From Eukaryota sp. GEM-RC1 (Eukaryota): a stretch of 64,000 bases of DNA. The DNA is taken from assembly GCA_040285855.1 (NCBI GenBank), contig JAUFOQ010000002.1:2542001-2606000 (forward strand), read 5' to 3'. Both the position numbers and the translations under genes were made by a program. The notes below the pieces were generated by a model. That model was not told the DNA's origin. It worked only from the letters and a program-made list of their open reading frames with translations, and did not search any database. Numbering within the stretch: the stretch's first letter is position 1; every line of letters starts with the position of its first letter. Positions 57,621 through 64,000 of the stretch are shown in pieces.

Positions 57621-60454
57621 TTAACAATCAATAAAATCATAGTAACAATGAATCTGTCTTTTCTTCACATCAATTTGCCTTACAGCTCGATCAACTACTA
57701 TAGATCCAGCACCTAAAAGAGCAGATAGCGCCCAGTGTTGAAAGGACAATGGTTCAGTATTAAAGAAGTTGCCGCCAAAAGTAACTAAGAAAAACTGAAT
57801 AACAAAACTTCCAATGACAACGCCAACAAATAAATAATTAGAAAAGAAATCTTTGAACGTGTCTGATCTCTCCACGCGTCTACAATTAATTTCATTAAAC
57901 AATTGACACAAAATAAACGTAGTGAAAATAAACGTATAATGATATGTCGATTCCACTTCCACACCCAGATTCAAATGACCAAAATACATAAAATACAGAA
58001 GCACAAACATTTGATAACAAAACTGCCCAGCAATATTCCTGACCATATGCTTTGATATCAGTCCATCTGAACTCTTGGGAGGGCTCCGTTCAAGAAGTTC
58101 TGGGGTAGGAAGTTCAGTGGCCAAAGCAAGGGCAGCTAGAGAGTCCATGATGAGATTGACCCAAAGGAGTTGAACAGCGTTCATTGGTAGTGAGCGTCCA
58201 GTGGTGGCAGAGAGGAAGGTTAGAGCTAGAGCGGTGAGATTGACAGTAAGTTGAAATTGTAGAAATTTTTGAATATTGTCGTACACACATCTTCCGTAAG
58301 ATATACAAGATACGATACTCCCAAAAGAATCATTTAGAATGATGATGTCACTTGCCTCTTTCGCTACAGAAGTTCCACATATACCCATTGCTAATCCAAC
58401 ATCAGCAGCTTTCAAAGCAAGACTATCTATAATAAGTAAACAAACACACGACCATACCATTAGTTCCATCACCAGTCACTGACACAACTTCTCCCATCTC
58501 CTTGTACTTCTTCACCAGCAAATGCTTATCACTAGGACTAGACCTTGCAAGTACTTCCAACCTGGGTAAAACTTCCTCCATCTGAGCATCTGACAACTCT
58601 CTAAAGACTTCTCCTTCTATCGCTATTCCATTACGAAGGATACCAATCTCAGCAGCGATCTGTTTAGCCGTCAAGAGGTTATCCCCAGTCACCATACAGA
58701 CTCTAACACCAGCTCTTCCACACACTCTAATGGCATCAAATACCTCAGGTCTAGGCGGATCTTTAATACCAAAGACACCCAAAAGACAGAGTTTGTCAAG
58801 GGAGAGGTCGTATTCTGACTGTGGGTTGGAATTCAGAGGTTTGTAAGCAACTACCATTGTTCTAAGTCCACGTGAGGCCATTTCTCTGATTATTTCATGG
58901 ATTTTGTCTTTGTGACTAGAGGACAGAGGTTCAATGTTGTTGTAAGCGTCAGCATAAGAACCACACTTTTCAAGCACAGACTCACTAGCACCCTTGACGT
59001 GACATAACCAGTTATTTTCAAATACTTTTGACCTTGCACACGTCACCATCATTTTCGAATCAGAATTAAAAGGGACAATCAATCCCTTTTCAATATCCTC
59101 TCTGATTGAGCCATACCTAATCCCAAACTTCTTCTTTAGAAACACCAACAAAGAACCTTCCGTGGGACTTCCAATGACCTTGGTTAAACCACCGGCGTCT
59201 GAGAGATAAGCGTCAGAGTTTAGAGCAAGACTTTCTGATATCAATAATTGTAAATTTTCTTTTACCGAAAAGTTATCCTCCGTATGATAGAAGTCTCCAC
59301 CAGTCCAGAATTGAACCACGGTCATTGAATTCTGGGTGAGAGTTCCTGTTTTGTCAGAACAAATAATTGTACAAGATCCAATAGTCTCACATGCATCCAA
59401 ATGTCGAACTAAATTATGATATTTCATCATTTTTCGAACAGAATAGGCAAGTGATATCGTGACAGCAAGTGGAAGACCTTCAGGAACAGCAACAACTACA
59501 ATAGTAATAGCAATAACAAAGAAATCTGTCAAATTCCGCGCATAAAACGCAAAGTCAGTATCTTCATGCTTACCATTTTGTACATTGTACACCAACTGAA
59601 TCATTAATGCCAAGAAAGTCATTGAAGCACACAAAAACCAAGTTTTCCTATATCAGTAGCTAACTTCAACAACTTCACCTGCAGCCTTGTTTCTCCTTTC
59701 TCCTCAGCTAAACCTTTCATTAATATCCCATGCTCAGTTCTCTCTCCAACAGCCAAGACGATCATACTTCCAGATCCTCTAAGTATTGTAGTACCAGCAA
59801 GAAGGAAAGGGGATTGAGTGGGGGATTTTTGGACCCAATCTGATTCACCAGTCATTGAGGACTCGTCAACTGATAGGAGGTTGGAGTCAATCACGACTCC
59901 ATCGGCTGGGATTTGATCACCACTGCGTAGAATCACGATATCACCGACTAATATCTCAAAAATAGAGATTTCCTGGGCTTTTTGATCTCTAATCACAGTC
60001 ACATCACGGTCAGCTTCAGCTTGATTTAGAGACCTAAACTGCCGCTCTTTATTGAAATCATTCCAAGAAGCAACAAGAGAGACAACTAACACTGCAGCAA
60101 GGATGGCAACACCTTCAATGTATCCATGATCCTCCTCCAAGGGATCTGAGAAGAAGACTCCAAGGAGAAGAGAAACAAGAGCAGCCACCATAAGGATGAT
60201 GAGGGTTGTGTCATTGAGAGCTTGAAAGAAGAGAACAATGAAGGGTGTGGATTTTTGTTTTGGAAGTTTGTTTGCTCCAAAAGTGGATCTTCTTTGAGAG
60301 TAGTTGTCAATGGATTCACTGATGGGAATACCAGTTTTAACATCAGTAGAAATAGAAGCAGCAATGCCTTTTGAGCATCCGAGACGTTCAAAAGAGCGAA
60401 ATCTCTGTTTTTAATCAGTAGAGACAATTCAGATGGTGTGAGAAGAAAGGACAT
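57621..60454 (-). CDS. ATP2B: P-type IIB (PMCA-type) Ca2+-ATPase; 31-nt intron 58427-58457 and two apparent frameshifts
   Basis: DESSMTGES, VVVAVPEGLPLAVT, ICSDKTGTLTQN, KGASE, MVTGDN, GDGTND (split by the intron), QLLWVNLIMD. Frame breaks at 60390-60393 and 59633-59637. Confidence 0.92.
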
Positions 60455-60545
60455 ACAAAAGAAGCTGTAAGGTATAGATGGAAGTGATGTACAAAGTGAT
60501 GTGAGATTAAAGTTTCATAGTTGAATCAATACAGAGTACCACTAG

Positions 60546-60614
60546 CAGTGTTCGAAAATTTCACCACCCGGATGCCACCCGGGTGGTGGCATCCAAGGTG
60601 GTTTTCGAACACTG
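60546..60614. mobile_element. 69-bp hAT-type micro-MITE
   Basis: 13-bp TIR CAGTGTTCGAAAA, internal CCACC/GGTGG motifs. ATCAATACA is duplicated at 60525-60533 and 60615-60623. Confidence 0.65.
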
Positions 60615-60727
60615 ATCAATACAAATACTGTACTTTCACAGCGTTGCTCAAAGTTGAATTCAATTATTGCCAATTATTTGATTGCAATATTAACTGGTTG
60701 ATCTACAGAAACTAATTAATTCGAAAT

Positions 60728-62008
60728 AAAAAAAAACGGGGTTTATGATCAATCAGTGAAATAAATGCATTTGCAGAAGTTAATAACTAACAGACACTAA
60801 CTAAAGTATCTAAACTATGATCCTTCTGTCCATCACCGAACAATTTACCTAAAATTGAATTAAAATATCTGTGCATTGAACGAAACAACGCAAACGTTAA
60901 CCTACTCAACCAAAAATTTTCATTGAAAACTTTACCATACTCAGAACACAATTTACCAAAGGGAAGTTAAAAAACCTTGTGCAGCTGGTCCAATATTACC
61001 GTATATCGACATCGCAAAAGGTTGAAACACAAAAGAATTGTACCTGTCAACATTCAATTGGTTAATTAAGTGACAGTACTTTGTATTTTTTCCTTTTTCA
61101 GCCACTTCAAGAGCAGAAAAATCATCATCAAAATTTTGGAAATTGATCTTGAATTACAAGGATCAACAGTCGTGAAATCCATGATAATTTCCTGACAAGA
61201 TAACCAAGGACCAATCAAATCACCACGACTTCTATCAACTTTTGGCTGATCAGGAAAGATTAGCAAGTAAAGGTTCAATTTTTCCATGAAAACCATTAGC
61301 CTTAAACATATCCAAACATGTATCCCGGATACTGTTGTGAATAATTGATCGAAAATGAATAAATTGATGACAGTTAACTAAATGATGAAAATTTGAAGCC
61401 TTTGAACGACCACAAAGACATGGAGAATGCTTCAAAAGACCGGAAGGCCATAAACCTAACCTAAGTCTCATGTTTATAAGCCATTCATGATCCTTAAGAT
61501 TAAAACAAAATTTTCTTGGCAAACGAGAAACAAATGAAGACGCAGCGCTTGAAGAAATATCATTCAAAAATGCACAAAAAGCGGGACTCTTAGTCTTAGC
61601 CAAGCTAATACGGTTTTTAAAGTCCAAGCTTTCGTGAAACAAAACAAACTTCTTCTGTAACTTGCGAACACACAAAGGCAAAGAGAAAATGCTTCTCTGC
61701 TGAATTTCTTTTACCCCAACAGGAAATAACTCTGACCACAAATTGGAGTCAAGACTATCAATTAAATTTTGAAGACTAATTAACCATGCACAAGGTGAGT
61801 GAAGTAAAAAATCTTTCGTTTTCCATAACACCGGATAACGATTCTGAAATTCAAACAAAAAATTCTTTAAAGACCCCAAAAGGCGCCATCACGCATGTAC
61901 TTAGCTTTCGTGAAACCAATACCACCAAAAGAAGTAGAAGTGAAACAATGAGAAGGAAGTGAAGAGTCTTTGTTACCAACCAGATAACTAACAAAATTTG
62001 TCCGCAAA
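60728..62008 (-). mobile_element. 3' portion of an RLE-clade (CRE/R2-like) non-LTR retrotransposon
   Basis: Post-RT FGGIG motif, RLRLGL, CCHC finger CLCG...HHLVNC, HNSIRD, restriction-like endonuclease RGDL...DFTTVDP. The 3' UTR is repeated at 47071-47205. Confidence 0.75.
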
Positions 62009-64000
62009 TGTTGTAGTTGTCGATTTGTGTAATTTCATATTAGGTTTTTATCTTCCCCCTTACATCTTTAGAGGTTCTTCTCCTTATAAAGGTTCTCCTC
62101 TTTAAGTATGTACCATTTTAGTGCACAAAGACCAACAGTAATTACTGTGGGCAATCCCCAACAAACCAACTCACTTTCAGCTCCTCTCCTGAACGGAACA
62201 TCCCGTCTGGAGTCTTGTAAGTTCTTGGAGGACCTCCAAGCTTACGCCGCTGCTCTCCAGGCTTCCGAAGCATTGTCCCGCCCTGCTGCCGCTGGAAGCC
62301 GAAGAAGAGTTCGAGTCCGCAACCGAATCCGAAGGTGAAGACAATGAAGCCGTATCAGCCAGAGGTCCCGCCCCTCCCTCCAGAATTGTTCGCTCACCTA
62401 TGCTACAGTTCTGTCCCGACCCATCCGAAGTCTCTGTCCCGCCAGAGATGAACTCCCTTATCCCTGTTATCCGACGCTTTATTAGCCCTCGACTTTTATC
62501 CGCTATCCCTCTCCTCTGTCCCGAAGCTGAGGAAGACAACGAACAGCTTCTCGCGTGGATCTACTCCAACTCGCTCATTCATGATGAAGCTCTCGCCGAC
62601 CGTCTACTTTCGAAGATCAGCATGAACCCCTCTATAAAAGAGTCCTCCATGCGCTTAGCAGACTACGTTCTAAGGTTTCCAAGACCTTAAGAAACAGATT
62701 TCCCACTTGATTTTCAAAGAAGATCACTTCCTGTCCTCCTTTATCAAAGGCATCACTCCTTCTTCCGTCTCTTCTCGTGTCTTCTCTTCATTCAAAAACG
62801 GGAGAGTTTCTTCTCTCGACGAAATCTTATCTCTCACCCGCCAACTCTTTGCAGCAATGCAACTCTCCTATTCTCTTGAAGAACCCCGTCCTCAACAACC
62901 AGCTCCCAGTCGAACAACTAACCGACAACCCAGAACTCAACCTCGCTCTTCTAGACCCTCTCATTCTTCTTCTCACCTCACTTGCGCTTACTACAAGGAG
63001 ACGGGACATGTCAAAGCCGACTGTCCAGATCCCAGCTGCCGAGCGAGTTGATTTCACCGCCCCTTATCCACTCCTCAATACCCTGCCCAACAAAATCGAA
63101 GCCCTAGACCCCCTGCTCGAGAAAATCCCCCACGAAGCGTTCCAAGAGACCAGCCACGAAGTCAGCCTGTCCATCGCAGAAATCAAAGAGATCCTACCAT
63201 TAATCGCCGACCTAATACCCGTTCTTCCAACCAACGCCAAGTCAACGCAGTGGATACCACTTTACCTGCTCCAGAATTTGTGGATCACATTCCCCTTTGT
63301 CTACCTGTAGACCTTGGGATTGAATGATTCACAGAGCAACTCTGTTAATGCTATTTCTACTCACCTAACTTCAGACCCTTGTAAACTGTCCCACAAGAAT
63401 GACTTTTTAAAAATTAATCTTACTATCAATGGAGTACCTACTATGGGCACTATTGATACTGCCGCTAAGACTTCTTGCATTACCCAAGACATTGCCTCAA
63501 ATGCTAACATGGAAATTTCTGAAAAAAAATTCCAATCTTCCTAGCTAACCAGTCTAGAATTTACTCCCCCGGTCTTGCCTGTGGCTACCTTACTTTTCTT
63601 TTCGAAGGCCCAGCCAAGAAAGTTCACCTGAAGTCCACCTTGCCTATCTTACCAGGTCAAAACCAGCTCTTAATCGGTTGTGATATCCTGACCAAACTTG
63701 GTCTTATGGATGCCAACGGTGTGTATATCAAACTGGACGAAGAACACCGAAGATTTATCTCTGCTGAAACTGCTTTTGACCAGTTTATGACTGCTCCCCC
63801 CTGAAGTGTTTGCTACCAATCCTAGTTCCCCAATTAACTCATTTAAACAACAACTTGAACAGAAGAAAACCAGAATAGAACTTCCCCCGTCGAGAAAGAA
63901 GCCTTAATTAACCTCCTTGCTGAATTCAGCGACGTGTTCAGTGATCTGCCACATCCAGATGGCATCGACTGTGAGCCTATGAGAATTCCCTTCGCCGATG
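62009..64000 (+). mobile_element. Degenerate Ty3/gypsy LTR retrotransposon (5' LTR ~62009-62137, gag, protease, start of RT); runs off the window
   Basis: Candidate LTR TGTTG...CAACA, zinc knuckle CAYYKETGHVKADC, protease IDTAAKTSCI, pre-RT LLAEFSDVFS; several stops and frameshifts. Confidence 0.75.

Overview
Gene-dense, AT-rich eukaryotic (protist-like) nuclear DNA with tiny 28-31 nt GT-AG introns. Many genes are split by frameshifts, nearly all at homopolymer runs, which most likely reflects uncorrected long-read indels. Rejoined, the window encodes: a Sel1-like protein; a divergent Hsp70-NBD fusion; proteasome alpha3; Vps8; a FERM protein; a ~3,950-aa RNF213/mysterin-like giant (CBM20-like, AAA+ modules, variant RZ finger); a kinesin-fragment/LRR protein; a RING-pseudokinase-TLDc-like gene plus its inverted pseudogene copy; a HAUS6-like protein; tRNA-Ile(AAT); a class II photolyase-like protein; an intron-containing endonuclease I; a GHKL+HExxH protein; an Nse3/MAGE-like protein; and a PMCA Ca-ATPase. 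The most notable non-coding feature is a CRISPR-looking repeat-spacer array at 44.9-45.4 kb. It resolves as three U53/SNORD53-type box C/D snoRNAs, each inside its own intron of an apparently non-coding host gene. Intergenic DNA holds up to seven distinct hAT-type elements (one nested, one with five tandem copies of its terminus), an RLE-type non-LTR retrotransposon 3' end, and a Ty3/gypsy element. All homology calls come from motif recognition by eye; no searches were run.
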